A stretch of DNA of 64,000 nt, from NCBI GenBank assembly GCA_965262615.1, contig OZ253545.1, positions 1,216,001 through 1,280,000 on the forward strand, given 5' to 3'. The position numbers and the translations under genes are program-made. The notes under the pieces were generated by a model. It was given only the letters and a program-made list of their open reading frames with translations, did not search any database and was not told the origin of the DNA. Below, in pieces: positions 20,873 to 30,089 of the stretch (position 1 is its first letter; each line of letters opens with the position of its first letter). The DNA comes from Alphaproteobacteria bacterium (lineage in GTDB: Bacteria; Pseudomonadota; Alphaproteobacteria; GM7ARS4; G965262615).

Positions 20873-22178
20873 GCGATCCCACTCCTTCCGCCACACCCGC
20901 CGACGCTTTCTTGCTGGCGGCGCATCGTTGTTGGCATTGCCTCTTGTCTCGCCTTTGTTGGCTAAGTCCTCCAGTCGTGCGCATCGCAAAGCTCATGTGG
21001 TGGTGGTGGGTGGCGGCTTTGCCGGAGCCACCGCGGCGCGCTATTTGCGTCATTCTGTCCCTGATGTTTCTATCACCCTCATTGAGCCCAAGCGCGCCTT
21101 TATCACCTGTCCTTTTAGCAATTATGTCATTGGCGGCTTTCGCTCCATGGAAGACATCACCTTTGACTATCAACGCTTTGACCAAGAACGCATTGCTGTC
21201 ATTCATGGGCGGGTGATGCAAATATCTGACGCGAGCCAGCATGTGACTCTGAGCGACGGCAGCACCGTCCATTGGGATTTTCTCATTCTTGCCCCCGGCA
21301 TTGAATTTGTGTGGGATGCCATCCGCGGTTATGGCGAGAAAATCAGCCCTCGTGCGCCTCATGCGTGGCAGGCGGGCGAACAGACGCAATTGCTACGGCG
21401 GCAACTGCAAGACATGGATGACAACGGCACAGTCGTGCTGACCGCTCCCGACAATCCCTATCGCTGCCCCCCCGCTCCCTATGAGAGAGCCTCCGTCATT
21501 GCCCACTATCTCACACGCCACAAAAAACGAGCCAAAGTGGTGCTTTTAGACCACAAAAACGCCTTCACCAAACAACAACTCTTTCAAGAAGGATGGCGGC
21601 AACTCTATGGCAATCGCATTGAATGGATCTCTGGTGATGAGGGCGGAGCCATCACCGCCTTTGATGCCACCGCCATGACCATCACCACTCGCGGCGCGGG
21701 AACATTCAAGGCATCGGTTGCCAACATTGTGCCACCACAGCGCGCCCCCGCATTGCTCCGACAAGCTCAGCTCAGCGGCGATGACGGCTGGTGTCCCATC
21801 AATGCCTACACCATGCAATCATCCCTCAGTGACAATGACCGAGTTTACATCATTGGCGATGCCATTGACCCTGGCGCCATGCCCAAATCTGGCTTTGCCG
21901 CCAATTCTCAAGGCAAGGCGTGTGCCCGTCACATTGCGTCTCGCCTGCAAGACACACCTCTCACCGAGCCATTGTTCATGAACACCTGCTACAGTTTGCT
22001 TGCTCCCGATTACGGCATTTCAGTGGCGGGCGTGTATCGCGCTGCGCCCCGTGGCATCACCGCCATCAGTGGCGCGGGCGGCGTGAGTCCACTGGCAGCA
22101 TCATCCGATTTTCGCAAAAAAGAAGCCCTCTATGCCGATGGATGGTATCGCGCCATCACCCAAGAAATGTTTCTATAA
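20865..22178 (+). CDS. fccB: Flavocytochrome c sulfide dehydrogenase flavoprotein (FccB/SoxF)
   Basis: Tat signal TRRRFL, GGGFAG FAD fold, TCPFSN, PHAWQAG, YRCPPAPYERAS, MPKSGFAANSQ, NTCYS. Confidence 0.88.
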   Translation: MSKRSHSFRHTRRRFLAGGASLLALPLVSPLLAKSSSRAHRKAHVVVVGGGFAGATAARYLRHSVPDVSITLIEPKRAFITCPFSNYVIGGFRSMEDITFDYQRFDQERIAVIHGRVMQISDASQHVTLSDGSTVHWDFLILAPGIEFVWDAIRGYGEKISPRAPHAWQAGEQTQLLRRQLQDMDDNGTVVLTAPDNPYRCPPAPYERASVIAHYLTRHKKRAKVVLLDHKNAFTKQQLFQEGWRQLYGNRIEWISGDEGGAITAFDATAMTITTRGAGTFKASVANIVPPQRAPALLRQAQLSGDDGWCPINAYTMQSSLSDNDRVYIIGDAIDPGAMPKSGFAANSQGKACARHIASRLQDTPLTEPLFMNTCYSLLAPDYGISVAGVYRAAPRGITAISGAGGVSPLAASSDFRKKEALYADGWYRAITQEMFL

Positions 22179-22232
22179 GATGCTTAAGCTTCAAGTGATT
22201 GAAAAGTTTTTCCACTCACTTCTCATCACCTA

Positions 22233-23615
22233 TTAAAACAGCGACAGCTGACCTTCCTCGCTCTCCTTGTGGTCAATCAATGGAATCAGATAATCGCCCG
22301 TGAAACAGGCATCACAAAAGCCCTTGTCTTTGCCCACCGAATCAAAGAGTCCTTGCAGCGACAAAAACTGCAAGGAATCCGCTCCGACGGTGCGGGTCAT
22401 CTCATCCACCGATTCATGGCGCACCGCGAGCAATTCCTCACGGGTCGGGGTATGAATTCCATAAAAACACGAATGGCGCACCGGCGGGCTGGCAACACGC
22501 AGATGCACCTCTGTTGCTCCCGCCGCTCGCACCAAATTCACAATTTTGCGTGAGGTCGTGCCACGCACCAAGCTGTCATCCACCAACACCACCCGCTTGC
22601 CACTCACCAGTCGCCGATTGACATTGTGCTTCAAACGCACGCCCAGACTGCGAATTTGATCGGTGGGTTCAATGAAAGTGCGTCCCACATAGTGATTGCG
22701 AATGATGCCCATCACATAAGGCAAATTCGCCTCCTTGGCGTATCCCATCGCCGCCGCACAGCCCGAATCAGGCACCGGAATCACAATATCGGCATCCACC
22801 GGATGCTCACGAGCCACACGACCGCCACACCGCTCACGCACCATGGCAATGTTATCATTCTCTAAGTCACTGTCCGGACGGGCAAAATAGATGTATTCAA
22901 ACAGACAATGAGCAGGCTCTTTTTTCACAAAAGGTTTGAAAAAATGCGCCCCCGTCTCATTAATCACCACCATCTCCCCCGGTTCTATATCACGCTCATA
23001 GCGCGCGCCCACCATATCAAAGGCACAATTCTCCGATGCCAACAGCCAGCCCTCCTCCAAACGCCCCAAGCACAAAGGACGAATGCCATACACATCCCGC
23101 ATGCCAATCAAACAATCCTCCCCCAACACAACCAAGCTATACGCCCCCTCAATATGACGCAGCGCACCCACCAATTGATCCTCCAGCCGAGCGGTCTGTT
23201 GACGCGCCATCAGATGCATAATCACCTCCGTGTCGGTAGTGCTTTGAAAAATCACACCTTGCCGCGTCAATTCCTTGCGGGTGCGGATGGCGTTGGTGAG
23301 CTGTCCGTTGTGTGCCAAAGCAAAGCCATGCTGTCCCCATTGAGCAAACAGTGGCTGAACATTCTTCATCACCACCCCGCCCGTGGTGGCGTAGCGGTTG
23401 TGTCCCACCGCACTGCGCCCTATGAGCTGTTTGATGACCTTGCTCTTATTGAAGCGATCCCCCACCAAACCAAACGCCCGATGAGAGTGAAATCGCTCAC
23501 CGTCATAACTCACAACCCCCGCGGCATCCTGTCCGCGATGCTGAAGGGCATGAAGACCCAACACCGTCAGTGCTGCCGCCTCCTCATGACCAAAAACACC
23601 CATCAAACCACACAT
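22233..23615 (-). CDS. purF: Amidophosphoribosyltransferase
   Basis: N-terminal MCG (catalytic Cys), QHRGQD, GHNRYAT, VDDSLVRGTT; Fe-S cysteines including CDAC. Confidence 0.96.
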   Translation of the reverse strand: MCGLMGVFGHEEAAALTVLGLHALQHRGQDAAGVVSYDGERFHSHRAFGLVGDRFNKSKVIKQLIGRSAVGHNRYATTGGVVMKNVQPLFAQWGQHGFALAHNGQLTNAIRTRKELTRQGVIFQSTTDTEVIMHLMARQQTARLEDQLVGALRHIEGAYSLVVLGEDCLIGMRDVYGIRPLCLGRLEEGWLLASENCAFDMVGARYERDIEPGEMVVINETGAHFFKPFVKKEPAHCLFEYIYFARPDSDLENDNIAMVRERCGGRVAREHPVDADIVIPVPDSGCAAAMGYAKEANLPYVMGIIRNHYVGRTFIEPTDQIRSLGVRLKHNVNRRLVSGKRVVLVDDSLVRGTTSRKIVNLVRAAGATEVHLRVASPPVRHSCFYGIHTPTREELLAVRHESVDEMTRTVGADSLQFLSLQGLFDSVGKDKGFCDACFTGDYLIPLIDHKESEEGQLSLF

Positions 23616-24217
23616 TACATTTGCATCACAATCACGGCGTTGTCGTCAAACGAGCGAGTCAAAATCACCCGACTCTGATCGTGTCCCTCATGGGAGCTCC
23701 TTCGCAAGTGACGATTCGGCATATAACGAGGAGACACAAAACTGCGCATCACATCATGAATAAAATCCGCACCCGTCACAATAAAGGGACGAAACCGCGC
23801 ACTGCGCACAACATCAGGCTCGGAAACCGCAGGCACGAGACTCATCAACAAATACGCCAGACAAAAAACGAAAAAACCACGCACCGCCCCAAAAGACAAA
23901 CCCAGCAAACGATCTCCAAAACCCAGCATGCGAGCCAAGTCCAATAAACTATAGACCAAGCGCAACACCAAACTGAAAATAGCCAGCAGCAGAAAAAATA
24001 AAATGCTCCCGCCAACAATGTAAGAGGTCACCACCGATGCCAACGGTAACGCTCGAGCAAAGCGAGGCAAAATAAAATATGTAATCAAAAACGCCGCCGA
24101 CCACGCAATCACACGAAACAACTCGCGGTAAAAACCGCGTATGTAACCCATCAGTGCCGACAACAACACATAGGCAATCACCAGCGTATCCAGATAATTT
24201 TGCGTCAACAGTAACAC
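23615..24217 (-). CDS. cvpA: CvpA family membrane protein
   Basis: GYIRGFYRE and DRLLGLSFGAVRG motifs; immediately upstream of purF. Confidence 0.88.
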   Translation of the reverse strand: MLLLTQNYLDTLVIAYVLLSALMGYIRGFYRELFRVIAWSAAFLITYFILPRFARALPLASVVTSYIVGGSILFFLLLAIFSLVLRLVYSLLDLARMLGFGDRLLGLSFGAVRGFFVFCLAYLLMSLVPAVSEPDVVRSARFRPFIVTGADFIHDVMRSFVSPRYMPNRHLRRSSHEGHDQSRVILTRSFDDNAVIVMQM

Positions 24218-24252
24218 AGTATCCCCTTCATTCTAAATTCATCATAATCAAA

Positions 24253-25389
24253 TTAGAAAAAAATAAAAGACCGTGTATCAGCTGGAATTGTATACATTGC
24301 ATTATAATAATCCGCTATGGAGGAGCGACTCAGGCGCGGCAAACCACTCAAAACATGAGAATCTTGCATTGCCCATGAAACACATGCAGCTTTATTATTT
24401 TTCAACCAAGACAAATTGACCAGCGGCGATAAATTCCCAAAAAGCCACATATCGTCCTTTTTGAATAATTTTTTGAAACAATGCAGATAAGCATATCCGT
24501 AAAAATTCTCTACAGTGACGACAATCCCGTTACGACTTGATGTCATAAAAGAAGCATTGCGTTTGAGAGAATTAATGTCTCTAAAACTATAGTAGTAAAG
24601 ACCAAGAGGCGATTCCTTTAACTCATGGCGACGAGGGGGATATTTGTTGATGTACCCATCGGTTGTATTGTAATCAGCCAATCGCCAAGATTTTTCATTC
24701 TCCAAAAAAGAAAAAGAAAAAGAACCAATGAAATCAAAGTCCATACCCCTTGCATCACGCTCATAAAGCGCAAGAACAATAGGAAATTGTGATGATGATT
24801 TTGTAAACCAATCACTTGAAAATAACTCACCTCTGATGAGGCGGTAATTGTTCTTAAAGCACTTCAGTCTCTCAAAATTAGCCTTCTTAATCAGATAAGA
24901 CAACGGATGAAGAACACACACAACATCAGCTCTTAATAAGTCATAACTTCTAAGAAAAGAAATACCTTTATCCCTGTCAACAAGAGCACAATCGCACTCA
25001 TGACTGCCTTTTTGCCCTTTCTTGTAGGATGATGTGATATCATTGTAAGGTGGATTGCCCACCATAATCAAAAAATCATCATCCCCAATGGCATACGCTT
25101 CTCTTCTGACACCAAGCAAAGCATTGCCATAAAATAAATCTTGCCTTGCGTGATGTTGACACAACACATCAAAAGCTTGTCCATCACTTTCAGCAGCTCG
25201 GACTGAGCCATCAATACCATCTAAAAAAGCTCCAAAGCCTGCAGCGTTATCAAAAACAATAGAACAATCGCTGACATAAGGCTTAATCAATTGATGGCAA
25301 CGCCGAACAATGGGAAGAGGAGTGTAAAAACTTCCCAACTGCATCCTCTCCAATACGGAAAGATGTTCCGATATAGAATAAATATCCAT
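24253..25389 (-). CDS. N6-adenine DNA methyltransferase, M.PabI-like (probable GTAC specificity)
   Basis: GSFYTP, DNAAGFGAF (motif I), VGNPPYND (motif IV). Family-like segments DRDKGISF, HPLSYLIKKANF, FRDINSLKRN, WLFGNLSPL match M.PabI as I recall it. Visibly AT-rich. Confidence 0.82.
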   Translation of the reverse strand: MDIYSISEHLSVLERMQLGSFYTPLPIVRRCHQLIKPYVSDCSIVFDNAAGFGAFLDGIDGSVRAAESDGQAFDVLCQHHARQDLFYGNALLGVRREAYAIGDDDFLIMVGNPPYNDITSSYKKGQKGSHECDCALVDRDKGISFLRSYDLLRADVVCVLHPLSYLIKKANFERLKCFKNNYRLIRGELFSSDWFTKSSSQFPIVLALYERDARGMDFDFIGSFSFSFLENEKSWRLADYNTTDGYINKYPPRRHELKESPLGLYYYSFRDINSLKRNASFMTSSRNGIVVTVENFYGYAYLHCFKKLFKKDDMWLFGNLSPLVNLSWLKNNKAACVSWAMQDSHVLSGLPRLSRSSIADYYNAMYTIPADTRSFIFF

Positions 25390-25655
25390 CTCACCAACCC
25401 TTGTGCTGCAACGACATTGACAAATGTATCATCCATATCATAGCGAAATATATTCAATTTCAACACATGCTTTTTAAATTCAACGCCGTTCAAACGAGAC
25501 ATCAAGAAGTTATCATAGGAAATCATCCATTCTAAATAAACATTGGGGGCAAACTCTTGCCCTATCTTAAACACCTCATCAAAAGCCTTTCCGCCTTCGC
25601 TTGTTTTGAAGCGAAATCTTCCGCTATTTTTTGCTGGGACCTCAATACAAATCAT
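25390..25655 (-). pseudogene. Truncated R.PabI-family (HALFPIPE) restriction DNA glycosylase remnant
   Basis: ICIEVP..SGRFRFK and VYLEWMISYD resemble R.PabI VVRLP..SKIRVK and YYIEWQISY. Only ~88 codons precede the MTase start; the ORF then runs out of frame into the MTase to 25287; the C-terminal half is absent. Confidence 0.62.
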
Positions 25656-25670
25656 GGGAGCATCATTTTC

Positions 25671-26444
25671 TCATGATCGCTGTGATGGATGGATTTGAAT
25701 GGGTCCCTGTGCCGACCCTCGCACGAATTGCTCCATGTAGGGATTGCCGCTTTTTTCCATATCAGCAACCTTGCCGTGCCACATAATCGTGCCCTCGTGT
25801 AGCATGGCGACCTTGTCGGCGATTTTACGCACACTCGCCATGTCATGGGTGATGGTCAAAGTGGTGAGCCCCCACTGATCCACCACCGAACGCAAGAGGT
25901 CATTGATGACATCTCCCATAATGGGGTCAAGTCCTGTGGTGGGTTCATCAAAGAAAATGATCTGCGGCTCTCCCGCCAACGCCCGAGCCAAGCCGACACG
26001 CTTTTGCATCCCGCCCGACAATTCCGCAGGACGCAATTGCGCCACCTCTTCTCCAAGTCCCACATCCCGCAACAGCGAGACGGCGCGCTCAAAGCCTTGC
26101 GCCTCACTCATGCCTCTGCCCAACAGCGCAAACGCCACATTGTGCCACACGGGAAGACTGTCAAACAATGCCCCCCCCTGAAACAACATGCCGATGGATG
26201 CCAATAAGTCTCGGCGAGCATGACTATCCATCCCCACCGTCTCTTGTCCATCCACAATGATGCTGCCCCTGTCTGGCTCAATAATTCCCAAAATACATTT
26301 AATCAAAACCGACTTGCCAATGCCTGAGCGTCCAATGACCGCCAGAGACTCCTTTGCCGCAATATCCAGCGACACACCGCTCAACACCTTCTTTGCACCA
26401 AAGGCTTTGTGCACATCACGAATGATCATCTTCGCCGTCATCAA
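25671..26444 (-). CDS. mlaF: MlaF/Ttg2A-like ABC ATP-binding protein
   Basis: GRSGIGKS, FQGGALFDSL, LSGGMQKRV, FFDEPTTGLDP, ITHD. Confidence 0.9.
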   Translation of the reverse strand: MMTAKMIIRDVHKAFGAKKVLSGVSLDIAAKESLAVIGRSGIGKSVLIKCILGIIEPDRGSIIVDGQETVGMDSHARRDLLASIGMLFQGGALFDSLPVWHNVAFALLGRGMSEAQGFERAVSLLRDVGLGEEVAQLRPAELSGGMQKRVGLARALAGEPQIIFFDEPTTGLDPIMGDVINDLLRSVVDQWGLTTLTITHDMASVRKIADKVAMLHEGTIMWHGKVADMEKSGNPYMEQFVRGSAQGPIQIHPSQRS

Positions 26445-27223
26445 CCGCCACTCGCAAAAAAGATTCCTGTCAGAATGTAGTTAAAGAATAAAATCAAAAT
26501 AGATCCATTCACCACCGCGAGCGTGGTGGCTCTGCCGACTCCTTCAGCTCCACCTTTGGAATAGAAGCCATGATAGCATCCCATCACCGTAATGATAAAA
26601 CCAAACACCGCTGCCTTCACCAACCCGGATGCCACATCATTAAAGCGCAAAAATTCCCAAGTGTTGGCGAGATAAACCGCGCCATTGAAATCCAAACGCA
26701 AGACACTCACCAAAAATCCGCCCATCACGCCAATAATGTCCGCCACCAACACCAGCACTGGCAACACCACAACGCCCGCCACGACGCGCGGCACAATCAA
26801 ATACTTAACGGGATGGGTGGTGAGGGTAATGAGTGCGTCAATTTGCTCGGTCACCCGCATCGTTCCAATTTCAGCGGCGATGGATGCCCCCACTCGTCCG
26901 CTCACCATTAATCCTGCCAGCACAGGACCCAGTTCTCTCGTCACCGCCAACACCACAATGTTGGGAATCGCCGCCTCAGCCGAAAAACGCGAAAATCCCG
27001 TGTAGCTCTGCAACGCCAACACCATCCCCGTAAAGACCGCCGTCAAGCCCACCACAGGCAGCGAGTAATAGCCAATGATGACCATCTGTCTGACACATTG
27101 CCTGCCATAAAAGGGCGGCAGAACCACATGAGCCACCGACTGTCCCGCAAACTGCACCAGCGACCCCAATGATGCCAATGCACCCATCACACCTCGCCCC
27201 ACCATGCGCGACATATTCATCAT
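26441..27223 (-). CDS. mlaE: MlaE-family ABC permease
   Basis: RELGPVLAGLMVSGRVGASIAAEIGTMRVTEQIDAL and GAEGVGRATT motifs. Confidence 0.92.
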   Translation of the reverse strand: MMNMSRMVGRGVMGALASLGSLVQFAGQSVAHVVLPPFYGRQCVRQMVIIGYYSLPVVGLTAVFTGMVLALQSYTGFSRFSAEAAIPNIVVLAVTRELGPVLAGLMVSGRVGASIAAEIGTMRVTEQIDALITLTTHPVKYLIVPRVVAGVVVLPVLVLVADIIGVMGGFLVSVLRLDFNGAVYLANTWEFLRFNDVASGLVKAAVFGFIITVMGCYHGFYSKGGAEGVGRATTLAVVNGSILILFFNYILTGIFFASGG

Positions 27224-27226
27224 ATC

Positions 27227-28771
27227 TTACTCCGCAAGGACATCTTCACGATGAGACTCCGGAAACACATCCTGAGGGCGTACCTCGCCACGGTAGTCAT
27301 CCTCACTGATGCTGGTATGTTTGTAGCTCTCAAAGGAGATGCTGGCTTCATTAAACTTAAGGGTAATGACTCCTGTTTGACCGTTGCGATATTTGGCAAT
27401 AAAGACATTAGCTTTATGGCGACACGCCTCAAATTCGTCTCTCATCCCCGCATCAATTTCCTCGCCCTGTGTTTCCATTTTTTTGATTTGAGACGCGAGA
27501 TAATACGCCTTTCTGTGAATTAAAAGCACAATATCGGCATCTTGCTCAATAGAACCCGAATCTCGCAAATCCGATAGTTTCGGCACATGGTCACCGCCGC
27601 GAATTTCCGATTGACGAGACAACTGTGACATCGCCAACACCGGTACATCCAGCTCTTTGGCAATGGCTTTGAGTCCGCGACTGATTTCAGAGACTTCCTG
27701 CACCCTGCCCTGACGGCGTGACTCTGCCGAGCCCGCCATCAATTGCAAATAATCCACCACAATAAGGGATAATTTCTTTTTGCGCTTGAGCCGTCGCGCC
27801 TCCGAGCGCAACTGGGCGATGGTCAATGTGGGGGTGTCATAAAAACACAATGGCAGAGAGCGTAAAACCTTGTTTTGCTCACCCAATTCCTTGAGTCCTT
27901 CCTCCGTCATTTTTCCGCCCAACATTTTTTCCACATCATGCTTAAACGCCGCCGCCAACATACGAATCGCTAACTGCATCGTCGACATCTCCAGCGAGAA
28001 AAATGCCACCGTCCCACCAGATGAACCATCGGACTTTTTATTGTTTGCCACATTCAAAGCAATGGTGCATGCCAGTGCCGTCTTGCCCATGCCGGGGCGA
28101 GCCGCCAAAACAATCAAATCCGTCTTACGCAAGCCTCCCAAAGCATTGTCTAAATTCTTCAAATCCGTCTCCAAGCCAAAATTCCCATCCTTTATTTGAT
28201 GCAGATGCTCAATTCCCTTGTTTGCCACCACACCAAAATCTTCCATTGATGCCAGCGTGTGATCCTCCATCAATTTCATCAATTGTCCCTCTGTCTGATC
28301 CACCACAGCATGCGCCGTCTCATAATCACGGTGATTAATCGCTGTGCCCATCAACTGACGACCAATAGTCACCAGTTCCCGACGCTGATATAAATCACGC
28401 ACCATGCGCGCATGCCCTTCCGCATGGGCAGTGCCATAATTCACCTGATCCACTAATTTTGATACATAGTCTTTGCACTCTTTGGCATCATCAAAGAGTT
28501 TCTGACTTTGCAAACACAGTGCCACCCCATGATGGTCAATGACCCGACTGCCATCCCTTAATATTTCACAGGCATCATAAATCGCCCTGTGGCGTGGGTC
28601 GTAAAAATGCTCTTGCTTCACAATGAGCGACACATCATCCAACAAATCGGGATATAAAAACACGATGCCCAGCAATTCTCGTTCTAACTGGATGTCATAC
28701 GCGCGTGAAAACTCCGCTTGAGTCTCATTGGCAGTGGTTTTGGCAGTGGCTGATGCAACCCGTGCCATCAA
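27227..28771 (-). CDS. dnaB: Replicative DNA helicase
   Basis: AARPGMGKT, FFSLEMS, VVDYLQLM, SQLSR, LSDLRDSGSIEQDAD, AKYRNG. Confidence 0.96.
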   Translation of the reverse strand: MMARVASATAKTTANETQAEFSRAYDIQLERELLGIVFLYPDLLDDVSLIVKQEHFYDPRHRAIYDACEILRDGSRVIDHHGVALCLQSQKLFDDAKECKDYVSKLVDQVNYGTAHAEGHARMVRDLYQRRELVTIGRQLMGTAINHRDYETAHAVVDQTEGQLMKLMEDHTLASMEDFGVVANKGIEHLHQIKDGNFGLETDLKNLDNALGGLRKTDLIVLAARPGMGKTALACTIALNVANNKKSDGSSGGTVAFFSLEMSTMQLAIRMLAAAFKHDVEKMLGGKMTEEGLKELGEQNKVLRSLPLCFYDTPTLTIAQLRSEARRLKRKKKLSLIVVDYLQLMAGSAESRRQGRVQEVSEISRGLKAIAKELDVPVLAMSQLSRQSEIRGGDHVPKLSDLRDSGSIEQDADIVLLIHRKAYYLASQIKKMETQGEEIDAGMRDEFEACRHKANVFIAKYRNGQTGVITLKFNEASISFESYKHTSISEDDYRGEVRPQDVFPESHREDVLAE

Positions 28772-29340
28772 TCCTCACTTGTTTCCGCTTCAATTGCTTG
28801 TTTGACTTCTTTTTTTGCCGGCACGCCCCTGTCCTTTTCATCGGAGGGCTCACTGTGAGGCTCACGGTGCGCCTTCCATTGGGTCTGTGCTTCATCGTCA
28901 TTGCGCGCGACATTCAGCCTAACAGACACCGTCACATCGGCATGCAGCACCAGCACACATGAATGAATCCCCACCTCCTTGATGCGATCGGACAGCATAA
29001 TCCGCTCCGAAGGAATCTCATGTCCCTGCTCTTTGAGCAATTCCTTCACATCACGCACCGAGACCGAACCGTACAGCTGCCCACTCTCGCTCGCCTGTCT
29101 GATGAAGTTCAGAGCCAAATCCTGCAATTGGTTTTTCTTCTGCTCGGCTTGTTGAAGAGCCTCTTGATCTTTTTTCTCCAGCTCGGCTCGTTTTTTCTCC
29201 ATTTCTTGAATGTTGTGTTTGGTTGCCCGCAGAGCCTTGCCTTGTGGCAAAAGATAGTTGCGAGCATAACCACGGCGCACGGCGACCACATCGCCGATGC
29301 CTCCGAGGCTGCGGATGCGATCCAGCAAGACAATATGCAT
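28768..29340 (-). CDS. rplI: 50S ribosomal protein L9
   Basis: LGGIGDVVAVRRGYARNYLLPQG and QLYGSV. True start likely ATG 29340. Confidence 0.95.
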   Translation of the reverse strand: MHIVLLDRIRSLGGIGDVVAVRRGYARNYLLPQGKALRATKHNIQEMEKKRAELEKKDQEALQQAEQKKNQLQDLALNFIRQASESGQLYGSVSVRDVKELLKEQGHEIPSERIMLSDRIKEVGIHSCVLVLHADVTVSVRLNVARNDDEAQTQWKAHREPHSEPSDEKDRGVPAKKEVKQAIEAETSED

Positions 29341-29351
29341 TGCCGATGATT

Positions 29352-29390
29352 TCATCGCACATTTCTCATCGCACATTTCTCACCGCACAT
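29352..29390. repeat. 14-bp tandem repeat (about 2.8 copies) spanning the rpsR stop codon
   Basis: tcatcgcacatttc / tcatcgcacatttc / tcaccgcacat. Confidence 0.85.
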
Positions 29391-29628
29391 AGGGCAACAG
29401 AGCCAAAAAACGCGCCCGTTTCACAGCCACTGCCAGTTCCTTTTGTTTTTTGCGTGAGACATAGGTGATGCGGGAGGGCAAAATCTTGCCGCTTTCCGAC
29501 AAATAACGATTGAGCAGTTTAATGTCCTTGTAGTCCACGGCGGGCGCGCCCGGTAGCGACAACGGACACGCCTTCTTGCGCAAACGCAAGGGTGATGACG
29601 AACGACTTTGCGAACGATGCTCCATCAT
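29380..29628 (-). CDS. rpsR: 30S ribosomal protein S18
   Basis: [23 protein letters not shown] and [13 protein letters not shown]. Confidence 0.96.
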   Translation of the reverse strand: MMEHRSQSRSSSPLRLRKKACPLSLPGAPAVDYKDIKLLNRYLSESGKILPSRITYVSRKKQKELAVAVKRARFLALLPYVR

Positions 29629-29987
29629 GATGCTCCCTGCTTTGTCAATTCCTTCTCTTTTTCCTTATGACGAGTGAGAAAGACCGAATCCTCCTTGCTG
29701 ATTTCATCAATGCGGGTGGTGAGAAAACGCAAGTTATCTTCATTGAGTTTCATGCGGCGTTCCAGCTCAGCCACCGCCTCATGCGGCGCGTCCAGCTGAA
29801 ATAAAAAATAGTGCCCTTTTTTGTTCTTTCTGATGGGATACGCCAGCGGCAACAATCCCCACTGTTCGCTCTTTTGCACCTGACCGCCCAATTCCTTGAT
29901 GACCTTCTGATAGCCGTCACCAAGCCCCGATGCCGCCTCAGGGGATAAATCACCTCGCATGATAAACACAAGCTCATAAAAAGCCAT
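29625..29987 (-). CDS. rpsF: 30S ribosomal protein S6
   Basis: [27 protein letters not shown]; GAGG RBS before ATG 29987. Confidence 0.95.
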   Translation of the reverse strand: MAFYELVFIMRGDLSPEAASGLGDGYQKVIKELGGQVQKSEQWGLLPLAYPIRKNKKGHYFLFQLDAPHEAVAELERRMKLNEDNLRFLTTRIDEISKEDSVFLTRHKEKEKELTKQGAS

Positions 29988-30057
29988 CGCGACCTCTCGG
30001 GTTGTTCCGTTATTGACACCTTGACTGTTGAGAAAGTCGCCCAACAGGCTATGATGC

Positions 30058-30086
30058 ACTCTACGCCAATTGCAAAAAATATGCAA
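30058..30086 (-). promoter_or_regulatory. Putative sigma70 promoter for the rpsF operon
   Basis: Minus strand TTGCAT-17nt-TAGAGT in the divergent rpsF/MFS region. Confidence 0.35.
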
Positions 30087-30089
30087 GCA

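Noticed and set aside
24218-25670. R-M island as an IS or integrative element
   Set aside because: No transposase or integrase, and no terminal inverted repeats or target-site duplication that I could see.
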